In this document: positions 21,181 to 30,431 of the stretch, one piece after another | Position numbering within the stretch: the first letter of the stretch is position 1 | Layout of the letters: each line of letters opens with the position of its first letter | Virus record (IMG/VR): IMGVR_UViG_3300038443_001555 | DNA: 64,000 bases | Direction: 5' to 3' (one strand) | Origin: an uncultured virus (IMG/VR IMGVR_UViG_3300038443_001555) | Taxonomy: Duplodnaviria; Heunggongvirae; Uroviricota; Caudoviricetes | Position numbers and translations under genes: made by a program | Notes under the pieces: generated by a model | What the model was told of the DNA's origin: nothing | Databases searched by the model: none | Seen by the model: only the letters and a program-made list of their open reading frames with translations

Positions 21181-22432
21181 GCCGCCTCAAGCGCTTGGTC
21201 TTCGAGGCGATCACGCTGGATGATCGCCTCGCGCCACGTCAGGCAGGTGGCCACGATCCGGCCGGTGTAGTGCTCGACTACGAAGCGGTCGGCGATCGGC
21301 TTGCCGTTGAAGCGGTCGGTGTCGGTGGTGCGGCGCGCGTTGAAGTTCATGGCTGTCTCCTGGAATTTTAAATATGCTTTTTGGGTGCAACTTTACAGGC
21401 CCTTGCTGCGCTTGATGATGTAGTCCTGCTTCTGCTCGTCCCAGACGGACAGCACGACGCCGTAGGCAGGGTTGGGCTTATTCCATGCGTCAAGGCCCGG
21501 CACGGCACGCGAGAATGCCTCGCTGGCCTGACCCTTGCGGGCGCCGATGTACACGATGGAATTCATGCCGCACGGCACACGCAGGCTGTCAGTGCGATCC
21601 ACGCGGTATTTGTTCGGGTCAGTCATGGCCGATCTCCTGTGCGATGCTGCGCACGCCTTCGTACAACATGATGGCATTGATGCCGATGATGATCCAGATC
21701 AATGCGCGGAACGCCAGCCCATAGGCCAGCAGCCCGTCAGGGCCGGCGGCTTGGGTATCGAGCGGGATCAGGGTCACGATCGTGATCATGGCCAGCAGGA
21801 TGCGGAGGTTTTTCATGGTGTCCTCGGTCAGGAGAAGTAGGCGACGGCCAGCGGCAGGCCGACAAACGCGATAAGGAAAGCAGCGGCGGCTTTCCAGTCT
21901 TGGAATTGACGCATGGCTCAGGCTCCTGCCGTGTCGTAGACATGGGCCGGGCCATTGCGCGTGGCCCACTGGATGCCGATCGGGCCCATGTTGCGATACT
22001 CCATCCAGACGTATTGGCCGTCATGGCAGTGGATCTGCTTCACTTCGCAGTCTGCCGGCATGTCGATAGTGAACGTGGCGCCAGCGGCCATGAGCGGCGC
22101 GGCAAGGGTTTCGAGGTCTTTGCGGGTGAAGGGTTTCATGTTGGACTCCAATTGAATGTGAGATTGGTGCGCTGTTCGGACTTGTCAGGGCGGTTCTTCG
22201 CGCCGGGCGCCAGCCTGAGTTCGTCAGGATCGTGGAATGTGCCGCGTTCGACCTGACGGACGCGTCCCGGTCGACGGAATTTGGGCGCCTGGACGAATTC
22301 GGGTTCGAACAGTTTCGAGCGTGACGCGGGTTCTGGCCGCTCGATTTTCGGGTGCGGCGGCGGCAAAGTTTTCGCATACGCGGCCGCATCGCACAGGGCC
22401 GTTTTAATCGGCAATTTCAATGTCCCTTTCAT
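21177..22432 (-). CDS. six small hypothetical genes (21177-21350, 21393-21626, 21619-21816, approx. 21813-21914, 21918-22139, 22136-22432); two are hydrophobic membrane peptides
   Basis: AGGAG/GGAGG SDs and coupled junctions. Confidence 0.6.
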
Positions 22433-22439
22433 GTTACCT

Positions 22440-23125
22440 CCAAGAAATATCGCTGTCCGACTCGGCGCCGCGTAGCAACCCGGCGGCAAGCCGGACAGAG
22501 TATTTCCTTTCCCTATTCGCGCCGGGAAAGGCGCTACCGCTTGCCAAAGCGGTTCCACTCATCGTGGCCGGACTCGCTAAGCCCGGTTTTCACTGCCGCA
22601 CAGTCTTTCCTGAATCGTTGGATCGCGTTATCTGCATGCCCGGTTTTGCCGGTTCGAGTCATTGTGTGCCCTGCGTTTCCCATTTGCGGTATCGCTTTAC
22701 TAGCCGACCCTGTAGCGCGCCGTTTCAAATTCGCGCATGGCGCAACCCGGTATTCTGGTATTGCGAACGCTATCTACATGCAGCCCGATATCATCGTTCG
22801 TCAACCTGAACGCTTCGCTTCCGACTGTGCTTTTCTGCTGATTGCCCATTCCGCAGTCCGCCTGCCTACCGTCCGAAGCGACGCCAGCGACGCCGCCGAA
22901 TCACGGCGCGAAGCTGGCGCACGACGGAACCGGCGCGCGGGTTAGCAGGTGGGCACGTTGTTAAAGATGGTTCCCGAAGCCGGGCGCGACACAGGCGAAT
23001 GGACGCAAGCGAAGCGGGACCGACGACGGCGCGCGCTATGTGCCAGCAGCGTTATGTGCTGGCGCGCGCAGAGACGCATATCAAGGGCTCTGGCCCTTGA
23101 TATGCGCCCCGCACGGGGCGCGATG
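22440..23125 (-). ncRNA. candidate large structured non-coding RNA or leader
   Basis: No convincing ORF; more than 10 stems, several with G-U pairs only on the minus strand. Confidence 0.55.
22958..22968 (-). promoter_or_regulatory. boxA-like antitermination motif ATCTTTAACAA
   Basis: Matches the core of rrn boxA (GCTCTTTAACAA). Confidence 0.55.
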
Positions 23126-23126
23126 G

Positions 23127-23861
23127 TTAGGCGGTTTCGGGTTCGTCGGCGACAATTTCGCCGCTGGCGGCGCGCGCCAGCAGGATTTGCGTTTCGCGCA
23201 ATTGCGCTGCACCGATTACCATACGTTCCGTATCCGCGTCCAGCGCGCCCGTACGCATGGCATCGGCGATGATGCGCGCCATTTCGGACAGCGAGACTTC
23301 TCGTGCGCCCGCCAGCTTTTCGGCTTCGGTCTTGATGGTCTGTTGCAGCTCTTTCGCCTGCGCTTTGGCTTTCGCCTCACGCTTGACTTTGGCAGCTGCG
23401 GCCGCTTCGGTGCGCTCAGCTTCAGTCTTTTCAGGCATGCTGACAGTGGCGACGAAGTGCGACGCGAATTCGTTCGCGTAGGCGTCCGCCAGCGGGTCTA
23501 GCACGGCGTGACGTGCCGCTTTATCGGCTGGCAGTTCCTTTTGCATGTCGGACGGTACGCCCATGTGGTCGAGCGTGATCTGTAGCGCAAAATAGGTCTT
23601 GCGGAAGTGTTTCACGGTGGCATTGACCGTCTTGACGCCCAAAAGCTCTTTGATGCGCTTGGTCGTTTCGGTGGAATCGCTGCCGTACATTTTGGCGTCT
23701 TCGATCAGCTTGTTGAACTGGGTCTTGTTGCCCGCTTGCATGAGGCTATACGCTGCGCTGTAGACCGTGCATGCGATCATGTCGAATTGGGATTCCGGCG
23801 CGCCAGCGAAAGCGCGGAAAAAATCAGACATCGCGATGTTGCGGGATTGAACGGCTTTCAT
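23127..23861 (-). CDS. hypothetical protein, first gene of the leftward early operon
   Basis: 244-aa ORF, AGGAG SD, Ala/Lys/Glu-rich helical C-terminus. Confidence 0.75.
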   Translation of the reverse strand: MKAVQSRNIAMSDFFRAFAGAPESQFDMIACTVYSAAYSLMQAGNKTQFNKLIEDAKMYGSDSTETTKRIKELLGVKTVNATVKHFRKTYFALQITLDHMGVPSDMQKELPADKAARHAVLDPLADAYANEFASHFVATVSMPEKTEAERTEAAAAAKVKREAKAKAQAKELQQTIKTEAEKLAGAREVSLSEMARIIADAMRTGALDADTERMVIGAAQLRETQILLARAASGEIVADEPETA

Positions 23862-24036
23862 GTGAGGCTCCTAAATGTTAACTACGGTCGATCCGGCAAT
23901 CGTTGCCGGCTGGCCACTGTGGCCGGGCAAAACTGAACTACGAGACGTAACTATGAGGGAAAAATTGTGTTGTTTCTAATTGTATTTATTAATTACTTTG
24001 GCGAATCGATAGCGAACGCCTATGCCGGCGGTAAGC

Positions 24037-24091
24037 TGGCCAGACCAGGATGGCAAAGTGGTTAGACCAGTTGGCGCAATTGGCCAGACCA
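24037..24091. repeat. three 11-bp repeats TGG(CC/TT)AGACCA at 22-bp period
   Basis: Starts at 24037, 24059, 24081. Confidence 0.8.
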
Positions 24092-24319
24092 AAATGTTAA
24101 ATCTGCCTGTTATTTAGGCAAAAATCGACGGTTTTGCTTTTGGGCAATGCGGTTTAAACGCGTTAAACGGGCCTGTACGCGGCCTAGACGGTGCGCGGAA
24201 GGATGTTCACGGTAATTGTGTCGTCGCTTGTGGCGGGTTCTGGCGCGTTCTGGACGGGGGTACTTTCTAGGAGGCAATCGGGCGCCGGCGCCTACCTGGG
24301 CCCCCAAAAATACGCGCCC

Positions 24320-24490
24320 CATTTTCAAACTTTTTGCCATCCCAACAAAGTCTGCTATTTCACCCACTTTTTGCCACTTTTGCCCACTTTTTGCCATTTT
24401 TCCTGAAAATTTTTAGAATTTTTGAAATTTTTGGCAAATTTTTGGCGATTTTGGCACAAATCCCGCCAAGATCCCGCCAAAATCTTCAAG
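24320..24490. repeat. phased T-tract repeats (CCACTTTTTG / AATTTTTGGC-like, ~10-11 bp period)
   Basis: Directly visible. Confidence 0.75.
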
Positions 24491-24502
24491 ATTGCTAGGC
24501 AA

Positions 24503-24526
24503 AAATCATGCCATGTGGCATGATTT
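24503..24526. promoter_or_regulatory. perfect 11-bp inverted repeat AAATCATGCCA-TG-TGGCATGATTT overlapping an extended -10 (TG-G-CATGAT)
   Basis: Palindrome just upstream of the HTH gene ATG at 24531. Confidence 0.65.
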
Positions 24527-24530
24527 CGCC

Positions 24531-24818
24531 ATGCTAAGCGAGAAAATCAAACCCTACATCGAGCAAATCCGTCGGCGCGAGCTCACCAATCGCGAGGTAG
24601 CGGCCCTGCTCGGCACGCACGAAACCTACGTTTGCCGTGTGCTCAAGCGCATGAAGGTGGAGCGCGACCCAATCATCAAGCCGCCCAGCACCAAGGAGCT
24701 CAACGCTGCGCGCGCTGAATTCCGCCAGGAGGTCGCCACGACCATGACCGCGAAAGAAGCGGCCAAGGCGGCCGGCTGCAGCCTGCGTACCATCTACCGG
24801 ATCCGGGGCAAGAAATGA
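24531..24818 (+). CDS. tandem HTH DNA-binding protein
   Basis: LTNREVAALLGTHETYVCRVLKR and MTAKEAAKAAGCSLRTIYRIRG. Confidence 0.75.
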   Translation: MLSEKIKPYIEQIRRRELTNREVAALLGTHETYVCRVLKRMKVERDPIIKPPSTKELNAARAEFRQEVATTMTAKEAAKAAGCSLRTIYRIRGKK

Positions 24819-24958
24819 AAACGCCGCGCAGCCTGAGCGAAGGCCGGGCCCTGGTACTGCTGGCCGGCGCCGGCCTCTTCACCGCCCTGTGCGTTGGCCT
24901 GCTGCTCAACGTCATCTGGGCTACCGAAGACATCATCCGCTGGATCGGAGGCCGATAA
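24815..24958 (+). CDS. small membrane peptide (47 aa)
   Basis: ATGA and TAATG coupling; ALVLLAGAGLFTALCVGLLLNVIW. Confidence 0.6.
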   Translation: MKTPRSLSEGRALVLLAGAGLFTALCVGLLLNVIWATEDIIRWIGGR

Positions 24959-25386
24959 TGGCCATCAAGAACCACACGCTGGGCACCAGCCCGGCCACCA
25001 AGGCCGACATCCTCGACGGCCTGTCCGACGAGGAGCTGCTCAGCCTACGCCACCGCCTGGACAAAAAGCTGAACCTGGACCTGACCAAGCTGAACCTTGC
25101 CGATGAGCTGGGCTTGCAGTACCGTTCCGGCATGATCCTGCTGTCGTCGGTGCAGGATGACGAGGGCACGCCGGCGAACCAGAAAGCCCAGGTGTTCAAC
25201 TCGGTCGGCACCATGCTGCAAAACATCGTCAAGCAGCAAAAGGTGGTCTATGACGCCGAGCGCTTAAAGCGTTTCGAGTCGGCGTTCACCAAGGTGCTGG
25301 AAGATATGCCAGTCGAGAGCAAGAGGAAATTCTTCGACCTGTACGGTGAGTATCTGAAGGAAGAGCCGAAGCCGGAGGAAGCGTGA
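24958..25386 (+). CDS. probable terminase small subunit
   Basis: GGAGG SD; helical 142-aa protein just upstream of terL; call by position. Confidence 0.55.
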   Translation: MAIKNHTLGTSPATKADILDGLSDEELLSLRHRLDKKLNLDLTKLNLADELGLQYRSGMILLSSVQDDEGTPANQKAQVFNSVGTMLQNIVKQQKVVYDAERLKRFESAFTKVLEDMPVESKRKFFDLYGEYLKEEPKPEEA

Positions 25387-25481
25387 GCAAGAACACCGCC
25401 AAATGGATCCTGCGCGGTATTGTGCTGCTCTGGCTTTCGCTGCTAATTGCTAGCCTCATTACTGATTACTGCCGCACATGA
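25383..25481 (+). CDS. small membrane peptide (32 aa)
   Basis: GGAGG SD, GTGA and ATGA overlaps; WILRGIVLLWLSLLIASLI. Confidence 0.55.
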   Translation: MSKNTAKWILRGIVLLWLSLLIASLITDYCRT

Positions 25482-27172
25482 GCCACGCCGATCCCGCCCT
25501 CACCGAACACCTTCGCCGGCTCGAGCAGGCGCTGTTCAACAGCTACGACCTAGGCGACGTCGTGCGCTACCTCGAGGAGAAGACCTTCCTCAAGGGCGAC
25601 CGCTTTTCCTTTGTCGACCACGAATTCCAGAAGGACATCATCTCGGACACCAGCCGGGTGGTCTTCGTCCAGAAGTGCGCCCAGGTCGGCATGTCGGAGT
25701 GCTTCGCGCGCTACGGCCTGGCCGTGTCGCGCGTCATGCCCTACTTCTCGGTGATCATGACGCTGCCGTTCGCCAGCGACGCCGCCAACTTCGCCAAGAC
25801 CCGCATCGACCCCATCATCGACGAGTCGCCCGACTTGCGCGACTCGGTCGACAAGGAGCTCAATAACGCGGCGATCAAGTCGATCGGCACCAGCCTACTC
25901 TACATGCGCGGCTGCTCGGGCACGACGACCGCGCTGTCGGTGCCAGCCGACATGCTGATCCATGACGAGATCGACCGCTCGGATCCGGACACCTTGGCCC
26001 AGTTCCAGTCGCGCATCAAGCACAGCAAGTGGAAGCTGACGCGTCGCTTCGGCACGCCGACCGAGGATGGCCGCGGCATTGCGCTGGAAATGACGACGGC
26101 GCGCCGCATGCGCCGCGCCTGCACCTGCCACCTGTGCGGGCACCAGTTCGTCCCGAATTTCCACAAGCATGTCAAGATTCCGGACTACACTGGTGAATTC
26201 CGCGACATCAACAAGCACAACATCGACCAGCTGCGCTGGCAAGAAGCGCGCCTGCACTGCCCCAGCTGCGACGGCGAGCCGAGCCTGGCGCCCGAGCACC
26301 GGCAGTGGATCTGCGAAAACCCGAACGACCAGTTCGAGGCGGTCGGCTACTACGTCACGCCGTTCGAGGTGCCTAACGTCGTCACGATCCCGAGCCTGAT
26401 CCAGGAGATCACGAAGTACAAGACCTGGGCGGAATTCGTCAACCAGGCGCTGGGCGAGACAGCCGACGCCGGCAACAGCCAGCTGGTCGAGGAAGACATC
26501 GAGGCCTGCCGTGCCACGATCCCGCTGGCGTCCAGCGAGCTGCACGCCATGGGCATCGACGTCGGCCAGACCTGCCACATCGCGATCGGGCGCCGGACCC
26601 AGCAAGGCCAGCTGCTGGTGGTGCACAAGGAGCAGTGCCAGCTTGCCAAGCTTGCCGTGCGCCGGCGCGAGTTGGCGGCGAAGTGGCGCGTCCTGATCAC
26701 CGTGATCGACGCCTTCCCCGAGACCAACCTGGTGCACCAGATGCAGCGCCAGGACAAGAATCTCTACGGCGGCGTCTACGCGCAAAGCCGGCTGCTGGCC
26801 ACCTACAAGATCGTGATGGTCGACGAAAACAAGGCGGAAGGCAAGCTGCCGATCAACCAGGCGCAGATCATGCGCGACATCAATTTCGACGAGGTGATGG
26901 CGCTCTACAAGAACCGCGCGCTGCTGTGGGCGCCTACCGGCGACCACACCGACCGCCTGTGGTCGCTGCACATGCTGGACATGAAGCGGACCCAGGTGTT
27001 CGACAAGAACCAGGAGCTGGTCTACACCTGGCAGAAGTCGAAGGAAGGCAACGACCACTTCATGCATACCCTGGGCTACCTGCATGTGGCAAGCCAGCTG
27101 ATGGAGACCGCCTCGCGCGACATCCCGTTCTCGGGTGTCAGCCTGTTCTCAACCTTGCGCGTCAAGCATTGA
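25478..27172 (+). CDS. terL: terminase large subunit (lambda GpA-like)
   Basis: VQKCAQVGMSE Walker A, LIHDEID Walker B, GTPT motif, CxxC pairs, MGIDVG nuclease, NDHFMH. Confidence 0.92.
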   Translation: MSHADPALTEHLRRLEQALFNSYDLGDVVRYLEEKTFLKGDRFSFVDHEFQKDIISDTSRVVFVQKCAQVGMSECFARYGLAVSRVMPYFSVIMTLPFASDAANFAKTRIDPIIDESPDLRDSVDKELNNAAIKSIGTSLLYMRGCSGTTTALSVPADMLIHDEIDRSDPDTLAQFQSRIKHSKWKLTRRFGTPTEDGRGIALEMTTARRMRRACTCHLCGHQFVPNFHKHVKIPDYTGEFRDINKHNIDQLRWQEARLHCPSCDGEPSLAPEHRQWICENPNDQFEAVGYYVTPFEVPNVVTIPSLIQEITKYKTWAEFVNQALGETADAGNSQLVEEDIEACRATIPLASSELHAMGIDVGQTCHIAIGRRTQQGQLLVVHKEQCQLAKLAVRRRELAAKWRVLITVIDAFPETNLVHQMQRQDKNLYGGVYAQSRLLATYKIVMVDENKAEGKLPINQAQIMRDINFDEVMALYKNRALLWAPTGDHTDRLWSLHMLDMKRTQVFDKNQELVYTWQKSKEGNDHFMHTLGYLHVASQLMETASRDIPFSGVSLFSTLRVKH

Positions 27173-27305
27173 CAGCAGGAAATTTCTAGCGTAGCCTGCA
27201 ATTTCTCCGTCTTGATCGATCGGTGAACAGGCCGGGAGCTTCTGGCCTGTAAGGGCTGGGAGCTCCCGGCCGAGAACGAGCCCGCCACGCGCGGGCTTTT
27301 TCTTT
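27169..27305 (+). ncRNA. candidate small RNA unit: promoter, 19-bp GNRA hairpin, intrinsic terminator
   Basis: TTGACA-17-TAGCCT (27169-27197); hairpin 27230-27271; terminator 27279-27305. Confidence 0.6.
27279..27305 (+). terminator. intrinsic terminator
   Basis: AGCCCGC-CACGC-GCGGGCT followed by T tract. Confidence 0.8.
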
Positions 27306-27358
27306 CCTGCAATTTTTCCGTTGAAGCGAAGCAAGAGCTGTGCCATACTCCGGGCACT

Positions 27359-28960
27359 ATGCTCGATTCCATCCGTCAACGACTTGCCGCCGCGATCACG
27401 CCTAAGCCCAAGGGCGGCGCGACCACGCTCGCCCCGGTCACCGGCCAGCCGGTGATGCCGCTGGTCGAGACGCCGAAGGTGCCGAACAAGCAGACGACCC
27501 TGCCCGGCTACCTGCCAAACACGTCGTACATTTCCTCGCCGCTGACGAAGAACGACAGCCGCGCCGCCAGCACCGATCCGGCCGCGGCCGCGCGCCAGGC
27601 CGCGACCACGCCAGGCGTGATCCGGAGTCTGGCGCGCCTGACGCCCGACCTGTCGGCGTCCAAGAACGCATTCCTGCGCGTCGGCATTCCGGAAAAGTGG
27701 CACGTCAAGGCGCGCAACATCGACGGCTCGTTCAACCGCGACGCGACCGCGCTGGCCAACACCATCCTGCGCCAGTTCGATTTCATGCCCGACTACGCGT
27801 CGGGTTTTTCGCAGGTCTCGAGCCTGCGCTCGGTGTGCGAGTCGCTGGGTGGCGAGGGCCTCATTGAAGGCGCCATGGCGCTTGAGCTGGTGCTGGACAA
27901 GAACCGGCTGCCGTACAAGCTGCAGCCGGTGCCGACTTCGCAGATCGTCTTCGTCGAGGACAAGAACATCCAGTCGATCAAGCCGCAGCAGCTGCTGTCC
28001 GGCACCTACATCGACCTGGACATCCCGACCTTTTTCTATACCTCGCTCGACCAGGACTTGCTGACGGCCTACCCGATCAGCCCGCTGGAAAGCGCGGTGC
28101 AGCCGGTGCTGACCGCCGCGGAATTCGCCAACGACATGCGCCGGATCTGCAAGCGCGCCGTGTTCCCGCGCTACGACATCGAGATCGACGAGGAGAAGCT
28201 GCGCGAGCGCATCCCGCCCGAGGTCCTGAACGACAGCGAGGCCCTCAAGAAATTCATGAACGACACGATCAACTCGATCAATTCGGTCATCAACACGATG
28301 AACCCGGAAGACGCGATCGTGCACTTCGACTTTTTCACGGTGACCGTGGTCGACATGAAGACGGCCAACAGCGCCGAGAGCTTCGACACGGTCAAGGGCA
28401 TCATCGACGAGAAGGTGTCGACCGGCGCCAAGACCATGCCCTCGATCCTAGGCCACGGCTCGGGCTCGCAGAACGTCGCGTCGACCGAGACCATGGTCTT
28501 CATGATGAGCGCCAACGGCATCATCCGCCTGAAGCTGCAGGAGATCCTGTCGAAGGCCATGACGCTGGCCGTGCGCCTGTTCGGCATGGACGTCACCGTC
28601 GAATTCCTGTTCGACGATATCAACCTGCGCCCGACCCTGGAACTTGAGTCCTTCAAGTCGATGAAGCAGGCGCGCATCCTCGAGCAGCTCAGCCTCGGCT
28701 TTCTGACCGACGACGAAGCGTCGCTGGAACTGACCGGCGAGATGACGCCGGACGGCTTCACGCCGCTCTCGGGCACCGGCTTCTTCACGCCGATCACTGG
28801 TGGCGGTGGCCAGAGTCCGGATCCGGCCGCGGCGCCGCCGGGCGCCGGCGGCGACGGCACCTCGAAGAAGAAGGACAACCCGATGGGCAACAAGCAGGGC
28901 GCCGCCCAGCAGGCCGGCAAGCCGGACACCCCGAGCAAACCGAAAGGACCGCAGAAATGA
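27359..28960 (+). CDS. portal protein
   Basis: 533 aa between terL and protease; low-complexity C-tail; typical position and size. Confidence 0.85.
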   Translation: MLDSIRQRLAAAITPKPKGGATTLAPVTGQPVMPLVETPKVPNKQTTLPGYLPNTSYISSPLTKNDSRAASTDPAAAARQAATTPGVIRSLARLTPDLSASKNAFLRVGIPEKWHVKARNIDGSFNRDATALANTILRQFDFMPDYASGFSQVSSLRSVCESLGGEGLIEGAMALELVLDKNRLPYKLQPVPTSQIVFVEDKNIQSIKPQQLLSGTYIDLDIPTFFYTSLDQDLLTAYPISPLESAVQPVLTAAEFANDMRRICKRAVFPRYDIEIDEEKLRERIPPEVLNDSEALKKFMNDTINSINSVINTMNPEDAIVHFDFFTVTVVDMKTANSAESFDTVKGIIDEKVSTGAKTMPSILGHGSGSQNVASTETMVFMMSANGIIRLKLQEILSKAMTLAVRLFGMDVTVEFLFDDINLRPTLELESFKSMKQARILEQLSLGFLTDDEASLELTGEMTPDGFTPLSGTGFFTPITGGGGQSPDPAAAPPGAGGDGTSKKKDNPMGNKQGAAQQAGKPDTPSKPKGPQK

Positions 28961-29757
28961 GTTACATCCTCTGGGCCGGCACGCCGGAAAGCTATGACGT
29001 GGTCGAGCGCGCGCGCATCAGCGCGCAGGCCATGGCCGCCGACGTCTTGGCACGCAACCTTGACCAGCCTGAAATGCCCAAGATGTGGCAGAAGCAGGGC
29101 AGCCTGGCCATCATCCCGATCAACGGCTCGATCATCGAGGGTCACGCTGGCTGGCTGTCCTTTTTCGGTGTGACCGGCTACGCCGACATCGAGGACGCGC
29201 TGACCCAGGCGGCGATGGACGGCGACGTCAAACGCATCCTGATCGAGGGCCGCTCTGGCGGCGGCGCCGCCAGCGGCGCCCAGCCGCTGGCCGACTACAT
29301 CAGCCAGGTCAAGGCGGTCAAGCCAATCGACGGCCACATCAGCACCATGGGCGCGTCCGCCGCCTACTGGGCCCTGGTGGCCGCCGACAACCTGTCCATC
29401 AGCCCGATGGGGATTACCGGCTCGATCGGCGCCGTCCAGATTCACACCTCCTATGCGCGCCAGCTTGCCGCCGAAGGTATCGACAAGACCGTGGTCCGCT
29501 CGGGCGAATTCAAGATGCTGGGCAATCCGTACGAGCCGCTGTCGGACACCGCAAAAGCCGAGATGCAGAGCCAGGTCGACGACGTCAGCGCGCTGTTCGA
29601 AGCCCACGTCGGCAAGCAGCTTGGCGTCTCCGCCGAGCATGTGCGCGCACACATGGGCAAGGGCAAGACCTTCCTCGGCCAGCGCGCGGTCGACGCCGGC
29701 CTCGTCAAGAAGGTCCAGACCTTCGACCAGGCTGTTGCCGCAGCGAAAAATCGTTGA
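28957..29757 (+). CDS. S49 family prohead protease
   Basis: SGGG, GASAAYW, TGSIGAV, SGEFK motifs. Confidence 0.92.
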   Translation: MSYILWAGTPESYDVVERARISAQAMAADVLARNLDQPEMPKMWQKQGSLAIIPINGSIIEGHAGWLSFFGVTGYADIEDALTQAAMDGDVKRILIEGRSGGGAASGAQPLADYISQVKAVKPIDGHISTMGASAAYWALVAADNLSISPMGITGSIGAVQIHTSYARQLAAEGIDKTVVRSGEFKMLGNPYEPLSDTAKAEMQSQVDDVSALFEAHVGKQLGVSAEHVRAHMGKGKTFLGQRAVDAGLVKKVQTFDQAVAAAKNR

Positions 29758-29807
29758 CAAAGCAAAATTCGTGCCCAATAATTGCCATCATTCAAAAGGA
29801 TGCCGAA

Positions 29808-30419
29808 ATGAAACTTAACGCCGCACAACTTGCCGCGCTCGCGCGCGGCGCCTCGCAGGAAGAAATTGCTGCTCTGGCGACTGCTCCGGATCCCAGCGCT
29901 TCGGCATCCGCTGCCCCGGCCGAAGGCGCCGAAGCTGCTGCCGCACCTGCCGCTGCCGCACCTGCCGCTGCCGCACCTGCCGAGAATCCGGATCCGTCGG
30001 CTGCCGCTGCTGCACCGGCTGCACCGGCTGCTGCACCGGCTGCTGCACCGGACGCCGCCATCTCGGCCGAGATGGCGCTGCTGAAATCGCAGCTGACCGA
30101 AACCAACGCCGCGCTGATCGCAGCCAAGGTCGAGGCCGAAGGCTTCAAGGCGCAAGCCGCGCAGGTCGATCCGCTGGTGGCCACGCTGCGTACCGTGATC
30201 GGCGAAAAGCTGGTGGCGCTGGGCGGCTCGGCCGACATCGCTGCCGGCTACACCGCGGCGAATATCGTTGCCGAGTTCTCGCGCATCGACGGCGTGTTCA
30301 AAAAACAGTTCCGGGTCGGTGGTGTCGCAGCCGTCGCTTCGCCGGAAGACAAACCCAACGCCAAGGTGACCATCGATCCGATGTTCGCCGCCGCAGTGGA
30401 AAACTCCATCGTCAAATAA
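29808..30419 (+). CDS. capsid scaffolding protein
   Basis: Ala/Pro-rich linker plus coiled coil, between protease and capsid genes. Confidence 0.7.
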   Translation: MKLNAAQLAALARGASQEEIAALATAPDPSASASAAPAEGAEAAAAPAAAAPAAAAPAENPDPSAAAAAPAAPAAAPAAAPDAAISAEMALLKSQLTETNAALIAAKVEAEGFKAQAAQVDPLVATLRTVIGEKLVALGGSADIAAGYTAANIVAEFSRIDGVFKKQFRVGGVAAVASPEDKPNAKVTIDPMFAAAVENSIVK

Positions 30420-30431
30420 GGGGCGCGCACC

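Noticed and set aside
22534..22728. 64-aa ORF inside the structured region
   Set aside because: No clear SD, no coupling to neighbours, overlaps many stems; not excluded without ribosome data
24037..24490. Repeats as a CRISPR or mini-array
   Set aside because: Units are only 10-11 bp with no spacer-length unique sequences and no cas genes
29085..29807. Scaffold frame open upstream through the protease gene, suggesting a -1 frameshift fusion at GCG AAA AAT
   Set aside because: Not a canonical slippery heptamer, and the gap has its own TTGACA-17-AATAAT promoter and AAGGA SD
29935..30050. GCCGCACCT / GCTGCACCG short tandem repeats
   Set aside because: Encode the ordinary Ala-Pro linker of the scaffold protein
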